DNA of 64,000 bases, taken from the NCBI RefSeq assembly GCF_009914755.1, contig NC_060947.1; one strand, given 5' to 3'. The stretch comes from the human T2T-CHM13v2.0 reference genome, Homo sapiens. Below the pieces are notes generated by a model, which made no database searches, was not told the DNA's origin, and worked only from the letters and a program-made list of their open reading frames with translations. The position numbers were made by a program, and so were the translations under genes. Below are positions 51,570 through 64,000 of this stretch, piece after piece (position 1 is the stretch's first letter; the number at the start of each line of letters is the position of its first letter).

Positions 51570-54500
51570 CAAAAGGCATGTTCAGCTCTGTGAGTGAAAC
51601 TCCATCATCACAAAGAATATTCTGAGAATGCTTCCGTTTGCCTTTTATATGAAGTTCCTTCCTATACTACCGTAGGCCTCAAAGCAGTCCAAATCTCCAT
51701 TTGCAGATTCTACAAAAAGAGTGATTCCATTCTGCTCTATCAATAGGATTGTTCAACTCCATGAGTTGAATGCCATCCTCACAAAGTAGTTTCTGAGAAT
51801 GCTTCTATCTAGTTTTTATGTGAAGATATTTCCTTTTCCACCACAGGCCTCAAAGCCCTCCAAACGTCCACTTGCAGATTCTCGAAAAAGAGGGTTTCAT
51901 AGCTGCTCTTTCAAAAGGAAAGTTCAACTCTGGGAGTTGAATACAAACATCACAAAGTAGTTTCCGAGAATGCTTCTCTTTAGTTCTTATGTGAAGATGA
52001 TCCCGTTTCCAGTGAAATCTTCAAAGAGGTCCACATATCCCCTTGCAGATTCCAAAGAAAGAGGGTTTCAAAACTGCTCCATCAAAAGGATTGTTCAACT
52101 CTGTGAGTTGAATGCAGTCATCGCAGAAAACTTTCTGAGAATGCTTCTGTCTAGGTTTGATGTGAAGATATAGACGTTTCAAACGAAGGCTACAAAGTGG
52201 TCAACATATACACTTGCAGATTCTACTACAAGGGTGATGCAAACCTGAAATATCAAAGGAAGTTTCAACTCTGTGAGTTGAATACAAACATCACAAAGAA
52301 TGTTCTGAGTTTGCTTCCGTTCAGTTATGGGAAGTTGATCCCGTTTCCAACGAAATCCTCAGAGAGGTCCAAATATCCCCTTGCAGATTCTACAAAATGT
52401 GTGTTTGGAAACTGCTCCATCATAACGAATGTTCAGCTCTCTGAGTTAAACTCCATCGTCACAAAGAATTTTCTGAGAGTGCTACCGTCTAGTTTTTAAA
52501 GGAAGTTCTTTCCTTTACTACCACAGGCCTCAAAGCAGTCCAAATCTCCACTTGCAGATTCTACAAAAAGAGTGTTTGCAAACTGCTCTATCAAAAGGAA
52601 TGTTCAACTCTGGGAGTTGAATGCAATCATCACAGAGCAGTTTCTGAGAATGCTTCTATGTCGTTTTTAGGAGAAGATATTTCCTTTTCCAACACAGTCC
52701 TCCAAGCCCGCTAAATATCGACTTGCACATTGTAGAAAAAGTGTGTCGAAGCTGCGCTAACAAAGGGAAAGTTCAACTCTGTGAGGTGAATGCAAACATC
52801 CCAAAGAAGTTTCTGAGAATGCTTCCGTTTAGCTTTTAGGTGAAGATTATCCCGTTTCCAACGAAATCTTCAAAGAGGTCCAAATATCCCCTTGCGGATC
52901 TCACAGAAAGAGTGTTTCGAAACTGCTGTTTCAAAAGGAATCTTCAACTCTGTGAGTTGAATGCAATCATCACAAAGAAGTTTCTGACAATGCTTCTCTC
53001 TCGTCTTTCTGTGAAGATAAAGGAAAAGGCTTTCAGGCCTTTTCCACCACAGGCCTGAAAGCGCTCCAAATGTCCACTTGCAGATTCTGCCAAAAGAATA
53101 TTTCAAAACTGCTCTATGAAAAGCAATGTTAAACTCTGTGGCTCGAACACAAACATCACAAAGCAGTTTCTGAGAATGCTTCAGTTTAGTTTTTCTGTGG
53201 AAATATTCCCGTTTCCAAAGAAATCTTCAAAGAGGTCCACGCATCCACTTACAGATTCTACAAAAAGACAGTTTCAAAACTGCTCAATCAAAAGGAGGGT
53301 TCAACTGTGTGACTTGAATGCAATCATCACTCAGAAGTTTCTGAGAACGCTTCTCTTTAGTTTTTACGTGAACATATACCCGTTTCGAACGAAGGCCAGC
53401 CAGTGGTCCAAATATCCACTTGCAGATTCTACAGAAAGAGTGTTTCGAACCTGAACTCTCAAAGGCAGGTTCATCTCTGCGCGTTAAATGCATTCATCAT
53501 GAAGAACTTTCTCAGCGTGTTTGTGTTTAGTTATGGGAAATTATTCCCGTTTCCAACGAAATCCTCAGAGAGGTCCAAATGTCCACCTGCAGATTCTACC
53601 AAAAGTGTATTTGGAAACTGCTCCATCAACAGGCATGTTCAGCTCTGTGAGTGAAACTCCGTCATCACAAAGAATATTCTGAGAATGCTTCCGTTTGCCT
53701 TTTATATGAAGTTCCTTCCTATACGACCGTAGGCCTCAAAGCAGTCCAAATCTCCATTTGCAGATTCTACAAAAAGAGTGATTCCAATCTGCTGTATCAA
53801 TAGGATTGTTCAACTCCATGAGTTGAATGCCATCCTCACAAAATCGTTTCTGAGAATGCTTCTATCTGGTTTTTGTGTGAAGATATTTCCTTTTCCACCA
53901 CAGGCCTCAAAGCCCTCCAAACGTCCACTTGCAGATTCTCGAAAAAGAGTGTTTCATAGCTGCTCTTTCAGAAGGAAAGTTCAACTCTGGGAGTTGAATA
54001 CAAACATCTCAAAGTAGTTTCCGAGAATGCTTCTGTTTAGTTCTTATGTGAAGATGATCCCGTTTCCAGTGAAATCTTCAAAGAGGTCCACATATCCCCT
54101 TGCAGATTCCAAAAAAAGAGGGTTTCAAAACTGCTCCATCAAAAGGATTGTTCAACTCTGTGAGTTGAATGCAGTCATCGCAGAAAACTTTCTGAGAATG
54201 CTTCTGTCTAGGTTTGATGTGAAGATATAGACGTTTCAAACGAAGGCTACAAAGTGGTCAAAATATACACTTGCAGATTCTACTACAAGGGTGTTGCAAA
54301 CCTCAACTATCAAAGGAAGGTTCAACTCTGTGAGTTGAATACAAACATCACAAAGAATGTTCTGAGTTTGCTTCCGTTCAGTTATGGGAAGTTGATCACG
54401 TTTCCAACGAAATCCTCAGAGAGGTCCAAATATCCCCTTGCAGATTCTACAAAACGTGTGTTTGGAAACTGCTCCATCATAACGAATGTTCAGCTCTCTG

Positions 54501-57500
54501 AGTTAAACTCCATCGTCACAAAGAATTTTCTGAGAGTGCTACCATCTAGTTTTTATATGAAGTTCTTTCCTTTACTACCACAGGCCTCAAAGCGGTCCAA
54601 ATCTCCACTTGCAGATTCTACAAAAAGAGTATTTGCAAACTGCTCTATCAAAAGGAATGTTCAACTCTGGGAGTTGAATGCAATCATCACAGAGCAGTTT
54701 CTGAGAATGCTTCTATGTCGTTTTTAGGAGAAGATATTTCCTTTTCCAACACAGTCCTCCAAGCCCGCTAAATATCCACTTGCACATTGTAGAAAAAGTG
54801 TGTCGAAGCTGCGCTATCAAAGGGAAAGTTCAACTCTGTGAGGTGAATGCAAACATCCCAAAGAAGTTTCTGAGAATGCTTCCGTTTAGCTTTTAGGTGA
54901 AGATTATCCCGTTTCCAACGAAATCTTCAAAGAGTTCCAAATATCCCCTTGCGGATCCCACAGAAAGAGTGTTTCGAAACTGCTGTTTCAAAAGGAATCT
55001 TCAACTCTGTGAGTTGAATGCAATCATCACAAAGAAGTTTCTGACAATGCTTCTCTCTCGTCTTTCTGTGAAGATAAAGGAAAAGGCTTTCAGGCCTTTT
55101 CCACCACAGGCCTGAAAGCGCTCCAAATGTCCACTTGCAGATTCTGCCAAAAGAATATTTCAAAACTGCTCTATGAAAAGCAATGTTAAACTCTGCGGCT
55201 CGAACACAAACATCACAAAGCAGTTTCTGAGAATGCTTCAGTTTAGTTTTTCTGTGGATATATTCCCGTTTCCAAAGAAATCTTCAAAGAGGTCCACGTA
55301 TCCACTTACAGATTCTACAAAAAGACAGTTTCAAAACTGGTCAATCAAAAGGAGGGTTCAACTGTGTGACTTGAATGCAATCATCACTCAGAAGTTTCTG
55401 AGAACGCTTCTCTTTAGTTTTTACGTGAACATATACCCGTTTCGAACGAAGGCCAGCCAGTGGTCCAAATATCCACTTGCAGATTCTACAGAAAGAGTGT
55501 TTCGAATCTGAACTCTCAAAGGCAGGTTCATCTCTGCGAGTTCAATGCATTCATCATGAAGAACTTTCTCAGCGTGTTTGTGTTTAGTTATGGGAAATTA
55601 TTCCCGTTTCCAACGAAATCCTCAGAGAGCTCAAATATCCACCTGCAGATTCTACCAAAAGTGTATTTGGAAACTGCTCCATCAAAAGGCATGTTCAGCT
55701 CTGTGAGTGAAACTCCATCATCACACAAAATATTCTGAGAATGCTTCCGTTTGCCTTTTATATGAAGTTCCTTCCTATACTACCGTAGGCCTCAAAGCAG
55801 TCCAAATCTCCATTTGCAGATTCTACAAAAATAGTGATTCCAATCTCCTCTATCAATAGGACTGTTCAACTCCATGAGTTGAATGCCATCCTCACAAAGT
55901 CGTTTCTGAGAATGCTTCTATCTAGTTTTTATGTGAAGATATTTCCTTTTCCACCACAGGCCTCAAAGCCCTCCAAACGTCCACTTGCAGATTCTCGAAA
56001 AAGAGTGTTTCATAGCTGCTCTTTCAAAAGGAAAGTTCAACTCTGGGAGCTGAATACAAACATCACAAAGTAGTTTCCGAGAATGCTTCTGTTTAGTTCT
56101 TATGTGAAGATGATCCCGTTTCCAGTGAAATCTTCAAAGAGGTCCACATATCCCCTTGCAGATTCCAAAGAAAGAGGGTTTCAAAACTGCTCCATCAAAA
56201 GGATTGTTCAACTCTGTGAGTTGAATGCAGTCATCGCAGAAAACTTTCTGAGAATGCTTCTGTCTAGGTTTGAGGTGAAGATATAGACGTTTCAAACGAA
56301 GGCTACAAAGTGGTCAAAATATACACTTGCAGATTCTACTACAAGGGTGTTGCAAACCTGAACTATCAAAGGAAGGTTCAACTCTGTGAGTTGAATACAA
56401 ACATCACAAAGTATGTTCTGAGTTTGCTTCCGTTCAGTTATGGGAAGTTGATCCCGTTTCCAACGAAATGCTCAGAGAGGTCCAAATATCCCCTTGCAGA
56501 TTCTACAAAACGTGTGTTTGGAAACTGCTCCATCATAACGAATGTTCAGCTCTCTGAGTTAAACTCCATCGTCACAAAGAATTTTCTGAGAGTGCTACCG
56601 TCTAGTTTTTATATGAAGTTCTTTCCTTTACTACCACAGGCCTCAAAGCGGTCCAAATCTCCACTTGCAGATTCTACAAAAAGAGTGTTTGCAAACTGCT
56701 CTATCAAAAGGAATGTTCAACTCTGGGAGTTGAATGCAATCATCACAGAGCAGTTTCTGAGAATGCTTCTATGTCGTTTTTAGGAGAAGATATTTCCTTT
56801 TCCAACACAGTCCTCCAAGCCCGCTAAATATCCACTTGCACATTGTAGAAAAAGTGTGTCGAAGCTGCGCTATCAAAGGGAAAGTTCAACTCTGTGAGGT
56901 GAATGCAAACATCCCAAAGAAGTTTCTGAGAATGCTTCCGTTTAGCTTTTAGGTGAAGATTATTCCGTTTCCAACGAAATCTTCAAAGAGGTCTAAATAT
57001 CCCCTTGCGGATCCCACAGAAAGAGTGTTTTGAAACTGCTGTTTCAAAAGGAATCTTCAACTCTGTGAGTTGAATGCAATCATCACAAAGAAGTTTCTGA
57101 CAATGCTTCTCTCTCGTCTTTCTGTGAAGATAAAGGAAAAGGCTTTCAGGCCTTTCCCATCACAGGCCTGAAAGCGCTCCAAATGTCCACTTGCAGATTC
57201 TGCCAAAAGAATATTTCAAAACTGCTCTATGAAAAGCAATGTTAAACTCTGTGGCTCGAACACAAACATCACAAAGCAGTTTCTGAGAATGCTTCAGTTT
57301 AGTTTTTCTGTGGAAATATTCCCGTTTCCAAAGAAATCTTCAAAGAGGTCCACGTATCCACTTACAGATTCTACAAAAAGACAGTTTCAAAACTGCTCAA
57401 TCAAAAGGAGGGTTCAACTGTGTGACTTGAATGCAATCATCACTCAGAAGTTTCTGAGAACGCTTCTCTTTAGTTTTTACGTGAACATATACCCGTTTCG

Positions 57501-60500
57501 AACGAAGGCCAGCCAGTGGTCCAAATATCCACTTGCAGATTCTACAGAAAGAGTGTTTCGAACCTGAACTCTCAAAGGCAGGTTCATCTCTGCGAGTTAA
57601 ATGCATTCATCATGAAGAACTTTCTCAGCGTGTTTGTGTTTAGTTATGGGAAATTATTCCCGTTTCCAAAGAAATCCTCAGAGAGCTCCAAATATCCACC
57701 TGCAGATTCTACCAAAAGTGTATTTGGAAACTGCTCCATCAAAAGGCATGTTCAGCTCTGTGAGTGAAACTCCATCATCACAAAGAATATTCTGAGAATG
57801 CTTCCGTTTCCCTTTTATATGAAGTTCCTTCCTATACTACCGTAGGCCTCAAAGCAGTCCAAATCTCCATTTGCAGATTCTACAAAAAGAGTGATTCCAA
57901 TCTCCTCTATCAATAGGACTGTTCAACTCCATGAGTTGAATGCCATCCTCACAAAGTCGTTTCTGAGAATGCTTCTATCTAGTTTTTATGTGAAGATATT
58001 TCCTTTTCCACCACAGGCCTCAAAGCCCTCCAAACGTCCACTTGCAGATTCTCGAAAAAGAGTGTTTCATAGCTGCTCTTTCAAAAGGAAAGTTCAACTC
58101 TGGGAGTTGAATACAAACATCACAAAGTAGTTTCCGAGAATGCTTCTGTTTAGTTCTTATGTGAAGATGATCTCGTTTCCAGTGAAATCTTCAAAGAGGT
58201 CCACATATCCCCTTGCAGATTCCAAAGAAAGAGGGTTTCAAAACTGCTCCATCAAAAGGATTGTTCAACTCTGTGAGTTGAATGCAGTCATCGCAGAAAA
58301 CTTTCTGAGAATGCTTCTGTCCAAGTTTGATGTGAAGATATAAACCTTTCAAACGAAGGCTACAAAGTGGTCAAAATATACACTTGCAGATTCTACTACA
58401 AGGGTGTTGCAAACCTGAACTATCAAAGGAAGGTTCATCTCTGTGAGTTGAATAGAAACATCACAAAGAATGTTCTGAGTTTGCTTCCGTTCAGTTATGG
58501 GAAGTTGATCCCGTTTCCAACGAAATCCTCAGAGAGGTCCAAATATCCCCTTGCAGATTCTACAAAACGTGTGTTTGGAAACTGCTCCATCATAACGAAT
58601 GTTCAGCTCTCTGAGTTAAACTCCATCGTCACAAAGAATTTTCTGAGAGTGCTACCGTCTAGTTTTTATATGAAGTTCTTTCCTTTACTACCACAGGCCT
58701 CAAAGCGGTCCAAATCTCCACTTGCAGATTCTACAAAAAGAGTGTTTGCAAACTGCTCTATCAAAAGGAATGTTCAACTCTGGGAGTTGAATGCAATCAT
58801 CACAGAGCAGTTTCTGAGAATGCTTCTATGTCGTTTTTAGGAGAAGATATTTCCTTTTCCAACACAGTCCTCCATGCCCGCTAAATATCCACTTGCACAT
58901 TGTAGAAAAAGAGTGTCGAAGCTGCGCTATCAAAGGGAAAGTTCAACTCTGTGAGGTGAATGCAAACATCCCAAAGAAGTTTCTGAGAATGCTTCCGTTT
59001 AGCTTTTAGGTGAAGATTATCCCGTTTCCAACGAAATCTTCAAAGAGGTCCAAATATCCCCTTGCGGATCCCACAGAAAGAGTGTTTCGAAACTGCTGTT
59101 TCAAAAGGAATCTTCAACTCTGTGAGTTGAATGCAATCATCACAAAGAAGTTTCTGACAATGCTTCTCTCTCGTCTTTCTGTGAAGATAAAGGAAAAGGC
59201 TTTCAGGCCTTTTCCACCACAGGCCTGAAAGCGCTCCAAATGTCCACTTGCAGATTCTGCCAAAAGAATATTTCAAAACTGCTCTATGAAAAGCAATGTT
59301 AAACTCTGTGGCTCGAACACAAACATCACAAAGCAGTTTCTGAGAATGCTTCAGTTTAGTTTTTCTGTGGAAATATTCCCGTTTCCAAAGAAATCTTCAA
59401 AGAGGTCCACGTATCCACTTACAGATTCTACAAAAAGACAGTTTCAAAACTGCTCAATCAAAAGGAGGGTTCAACTGTGTGACTTGAATGCAATCATCAC
59501 TCAGAAGTTTCTGAGAATGCTTCTCTTTAGTTTTTACGTGAACATATACCCTTTTCGAACGAAGGCCAGCCAGTGGTCCAAATATCCACTTGGAGATTCT
59601 ACAGAAAGAGTGTTTCGAACCTGAACTCTCAAAGGCAGGTTCATCTCTGCGAGTTAAATGCATTCATCATGAAGAACTTTCTCAGCGTGTTTGTGTTTAG
59701 TTATGGGAAATTATTCCCGTTTCCAACGATATCCTCAGAGAGGTCCAAATATCCACCTGCAGATTCTACCAAAAGTTTATTTGGAAACTGCTCCATCAAA
59801 AGGCATGTTCAGCTCTGTGAGTGAAACTCCATCATCACAAAGAATATTCTGAGAATGCTTCCATTTGCCTTTTATATGAAGTTCCTTCCTATACTACCGT
59901 AGACCTCAAAGCAGTCCAAATCTCCATTTGCAGATTCTACAAAAAGAGTGATTCCAATCTGTTCTATCAATAGGGTTGTTCATCTCCATGAGTTGAATGC
60001 CATCCTCACAAAGTCGTTTCTGAGAATGCTTCTATCTAGTTTTTATGTGAAGATATTTCCTTTTCCACCACAGGCCTCAAAGCCCTCCAAACGTCCACTT
60101 GCAGATTCTCGAAAAAGTGTGTTTCATAGCTGCTCTTTCAAAAGGAAAGTTCAACTCTGGGAGTTGAATACAAACATCACAAAGTAGTTTCCGAGAATGC
60201 TTCTGTTTAGTTCTTATGTGAAGATGATCCCGTTTCCAGTGAAATCTTCAAAGAGGTCCACATATCCCCTTGCAGATTCCAAAGAAAGAGGGTTTCAAAA
60301 CTGCTCAATCAAAAGGACTGTTCAACTCTGTGAGTTGAATGCAGTCATCGCAGAAAACTTTCTGAGAATGCTTCTGTCTAGGTTTGATGTGAAGATATAG
60401 ACCTTTCAAACGAAGGCTACAAAGTGGTCAAAATATACACTTGCAGATTCTACTACAAGGGTGATGCAAACCTGAACTATCAAAGGAAGGTTCAACTCTG

Positions 60501-63500
60501 TGAGTTGAATACAAACATCACAAAGAATGTTCTGAGTTTGCTTCCGTTCAGATATGGGAAGTTGATCCCGTTTCCAACGAAATCCTCAGAGAGGTCCAAA
60601 TATCCCCTTGCACATTCTACAAAACGTGTGTTTGGAAACTGCTCCATCGTAACGAATGTTCAGCTCTCTGAGTTAAATTCCATCGTCACAAAGAATTTTC
60701 TGAGAGTGATACCGTCTAGTTTTTATATGAAGTTCTTTCCTTTACTACCACAGGCCTCAAAGCGGTCCAAATCTCCACTTGCAGATTCTACAAAAAGAGT
60801 GTTTGCAAACTGCTCTATCAAAAGGAATGTTCAACTATGGGAGTTGAATGCAATCATCACAGAGCAGTTTCTGAGAATGCTTCTATGTGGTTTTTAGGAG
60901 AAGATATTTCCTTTTCCAACACAGTCCTCCAAGCCCGCTAAATATCCACTTGCACATTGTAGAAAAAGTGTGTCGAAGCTGCGCTATCAAAGGGAAAGTT
61001 CAACTCTGTGAGGTGAATGCAAACATCCCAAAGAAGTTTCTGAGAATGCTTCCGTTTAGCTTTTTGGTGAAGATTATCCCGTTTCCAACGAAATCTTCAA
61101 AGAGGTCCAAATATCCCCCTGCGGATCCCACAGAAAGAGTGTTCCGAAACTGCTGTTTCAAAAGGAATCTTCAATTCTGTGAGTTGAATGCAATCATCAC
61201 AAAGAAGTTTCTGACAATGCTTCTCTCTCATCTTTCTGTGAAGATAAAGGAAAAGGCTTTCAGGCCTTTTCCACCACAGGCCTGAAAGCGCTCCAAATGT
61301 CCACTTGCAGATTCTGCCAAAAGAATATTTCAAAACTGCTCTATGAAAAGCAATATTAAACTCTGTGGCTCGAACACAAACATCACAAAGCAGTTTCTGA
61401 GAATGCTTCAGTTTAGTTTTTCTGTGGAAATATTCCCGTTTCCAAAGAAATCTTCAAAGAGGTCCACGTATCCACTTACAGATTCTACAAAAAGACAGTT
61501 TCAAAACTGCTCAATCAAAAGGAGGGTTCAACTGTGTGACTTGAATGCAATCATCACTCAGAAGTTTCTGAGAACGCTTCTCTTTAGTTTTTACGTGAAC
61601 ATATACCCGTTTCGAACGAAGGCCAGCCAGTGGTCCAAATATCCACTTGCAGATTCTACAGAAAGAGTGTTTCGAACCTGAACTCTCAAAGGCAGGTTCA
61701 TCTCTGCGAGTTCAATGCATTCATCATGAAGAACTTTCTCAGCGTGTTTGTGTTTAGTTATGGGAAATTATTCCCGTTTCCAACGAAATCCTCAGAGAGG
61801 TCCAAATATCCACCTGCAGATTCTACCAAAAGTGTATTTGGAAACTGCTCCATCAAAAGGCATGTTCAGCTCTGTGAGTGAAACTCCATCATCACAAAGA
61901 ATATTCTGAGAATGCTTCCGTTTGCCTTTTATATGAAGTTCCTTCCTATACTACCGTAGGCCTCAAAGCAGTCCAAATCTCCATTTGCAGATTCTACAAA
62001 AAGAGTGATTCCAATCTGCTCTATCAATAGGACTGTTCAACTCCATGAGTTGAATGCCATCCTCACAAAGTCGTTTCTGAGAATGCTTCTATCTAGTTTT
62101 TATGTGAAGATATTTCCTTTTCCACCACAGGCCTCAAAGCCCTCCAAACGTCCACTTGCAGATTCTCGAAAAAGTGTGTTTCATAGCTGCTCTTTCAAAA
62201 GGAAAGTTCAACTCTGGGAGTTGAATACAAACATCACAAAGTAGTTTCCGAGAATGCTTCTGTTTAGTTCTTATGTGAAGATGATCCCGTTTCCAGTGAA
62301 ATCTTCAAAGAGGTCCACATATCCCCTTGCAGATTCCAAAGAAAGAGGGTTTCAAAACTGCTCCATCAAAAGGATTGTTCAACTCTGTGAGTTGAATGCA
62401 GTCATCGCAGAAAACTTTCTGAGAATGCTTCTGTCTAGGTTTGATGTGAAGATATAGACGTTTCAAACGAAGGCTACAAAGTGGTCAAAATATACACTTG
62501 CAGATTCTACTACAAGGGTGTTGCAAACCTGAACTATCAAAGGAAGGTTCAACTCTGTGAGTTGAATTCAAACATCATAAAGAATGTTCTGAGTTTGCTT
62601 CCGTTCAGTTATGGGAAGTTGATCCCATTTCCAACGAAATCCTCAGAGAGGTCCAAATATCCCCTTGCAGATTCTACAAAACGTGTGTTTGGAAACTGCT
62701 CCATCATAACGAATGTTCAGCTCTCTGAGTTAAACTCCATCGTCACAAAGAATTTTCTGAGAGTGCTACCGTCTAGTTTTTATATGTAGTTCTTTCCGTT
62801 ACTACCACAGGCCTCAAAGCGGTCCAAATCTCCACTTGCAGATTCTACAAAAAGAGTGTTTGCAAACTGCTCTATCAAAAGGAATGTTCAACTCTGGGAG
62901 TTGAATGCAATCATCACAGAGCAGTTTCTGAGAATCCTTCTATGTGGTTTTTAGGAGAAGATATTTCCTTTTCCAACACAGTCCTCCAAGCCCGCTAAAT
63001 ATCCACTTGCACATTGTAGAAAAAGTGTGTCAAAGCTGCGCTATCAAAGGGAAAGTTCAACTCTGTGAGGTGAATGCAAACATCCCAAAGAAGTTTCTGA
63101 GAATGCTTCCGTTTAGCTTTTAGGTGAAGATTATCCCGTTTCCAACGAAAGCTTCAAAGAGGTCCAAATATCCCCTTGCGGATCCCACAGAAAGAGTGTT
63201 TCGAAACTGCTGTTTCAAAAGGAATCTTCAACTCTGTGAGTTGAATGCAATCATCACAAAGAAGTTTCTGACAATGCTTCTCTCTCGTCTTTCTGTGAAG
63301 ATAAAGGAAAAGGCTTTCAGGCCTTTTCCACCACAGGCCTGAAAGCGCTCCAAATGTCCACTTGCAGATTCTGCCAAAAGAATATTTCAAAACTGCTCTA
63401 TGAAAAGCAATGTTAAACTCTGCGGCTCGAACACAAACATCACAAAGCAGTTTCTGAGAATGCTTCAGTTTAGTTTTTCTGTGGAAATATTCCCGTTTCC

Positions 63501-64000
63501 AAAGAAATCTTCAAAGAGGTCCACGCATCCACTTACAGATTCTACAAAAACACAGTTTCAAAACTGCTCAATCAAAACGAGGGTTCAACTGTGTGACTTG
63601 AATGCAATCATCACTCAGAAGTTTCTGAGAATGCTTCTCTTTAGTTTTTACGTGAACATATACCTGTTTCGAACGAAGGCCACACAGTGGTCCAAATATC
63701 CACTTGCAGATTCTACAGAAAGAGTGTTTCAAACCTGAACTCTCAAAGGCAGGTTCATCTCTGCGAGTTAAATGCATTCATCATGAAGAGCTTTCTCAGC
63801 GTGTTTGTGTTTAGTTATGGGAAATTATTCCCGTTTCCAACGAAATCCTCAGAGAGCTCCAAATATCCACCTGCAGATTCTACCAAAAGTGTATTTGGAA
63901 ACTGCTCCATCAAAAGGCATGTTCAGCTATGTGAGTGAAACACCATCATCACAAAGAATATTCTGAGAATGCTTCCGTTTGCCTTTTATATGAAGCTCCT
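51570..64000 (-). repeat. More diverged 2057-bp-class HOR block
   Basis: Period is 2057 except for one private 1-bp deletion. Class alleles are CTATCTAGT, TTTTAGGTG and GGCCTTTTCC, and most units also have AAGTCGTTTC and CCTGAAC. Each unit has many private substitutions. Confidence 0.85.

Larger units (their letters stand above)
1..64000 (-). repeat. DXZ1: Alpha-satellite HOR array, DXZ1-type (human X centromere; SF3 12-mer, about 31 tandem copies)
   Basis: About 171-bp monomers (e.g. ...cttgcagattctacaaaaagagtgtttcaaaactgctc...aaaaggaatgttcaactctgtgagttgaatgca...tttctgagaatgcttct). The ORF track repeats with period 2056/2057 (567, 2623, 4680 ... 62254). One GGATCC occurs per unit. A 12-monomer, about 2.06-kb BamHI unit is the established DXZ1 HOR. 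Strand is given by CENP-B box orientation. Confidence 0.96.

Noticed and set aside
60887-61285. Unique 132-aa ORF (also 16898-17230 on the minus strand and 55460-55738)
   Set aside because: Each arises from private SNVs or a 1-bp deletion that removes a stop or creates a start in one repeat copy.
567-63938. Recurrent 67-157 aa ORFs on both strands
   Set aside because: These are translations of alpha-satellite monomers. They repeat with HOR period, overlap in several frames, often start at GTG, are freely gained or lost by SNVs, and show no recognisable domain.
1-64000. CRISPR-like repeat/spacer array
   Set aside because: There are no unique spacers and no cas genes. The conserved motifs are parts of contiguous 171-bp monomers.
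1-64000. L1/Alu insertion, inversion or monomer-number HOR variant
   Set aside because: The period stays at 2056-2057 bp throughout, box orientation never flips, and no poly(A) or non-alphoid sequence is seen.

Overview
The whole 64-kb window is one uninterrupted, single-orientation array of primate centromeric alpha satellite. It matches the human X-chromosome DXZ1 higher-order repeat (HOR; suprachromosomal family 3): a 12-monomer unit of 2056/2057 bp, about 31 copies, with one BamHI site per unit. By eye I found no genes, RNA genes, transposon insertions, inversions or monomer-number variants. All listed ORFs are translation artefacts of the repeat. Each HOR has four intact and three degenerate CENP-B boxes on the minus strand. 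The informative structure lies in the variants. Two HOR haplotype classes (2056-bp and 2057-bp) are interleaved. There is a mosaic region with 3-, 5-, 6- and 9-HOR duplication offsets (about 1-29 kb), a young 2-HOR (4112-bp) super-repeat (about 29-50 kb), and a sharp switch at about 51.4-51.6 kb to more diverged HORs with many private CENP-B box losses. Finer oddities include the same A>T change at the homologous site of three different monomers within 1.4 kb, a +15-bp insertion built from inverted copies of adjacent sequence, and short allele patches that look like gene conversion. I see no support for a new gene-based system here. All variant calls are by eye and need alignment confirmation.
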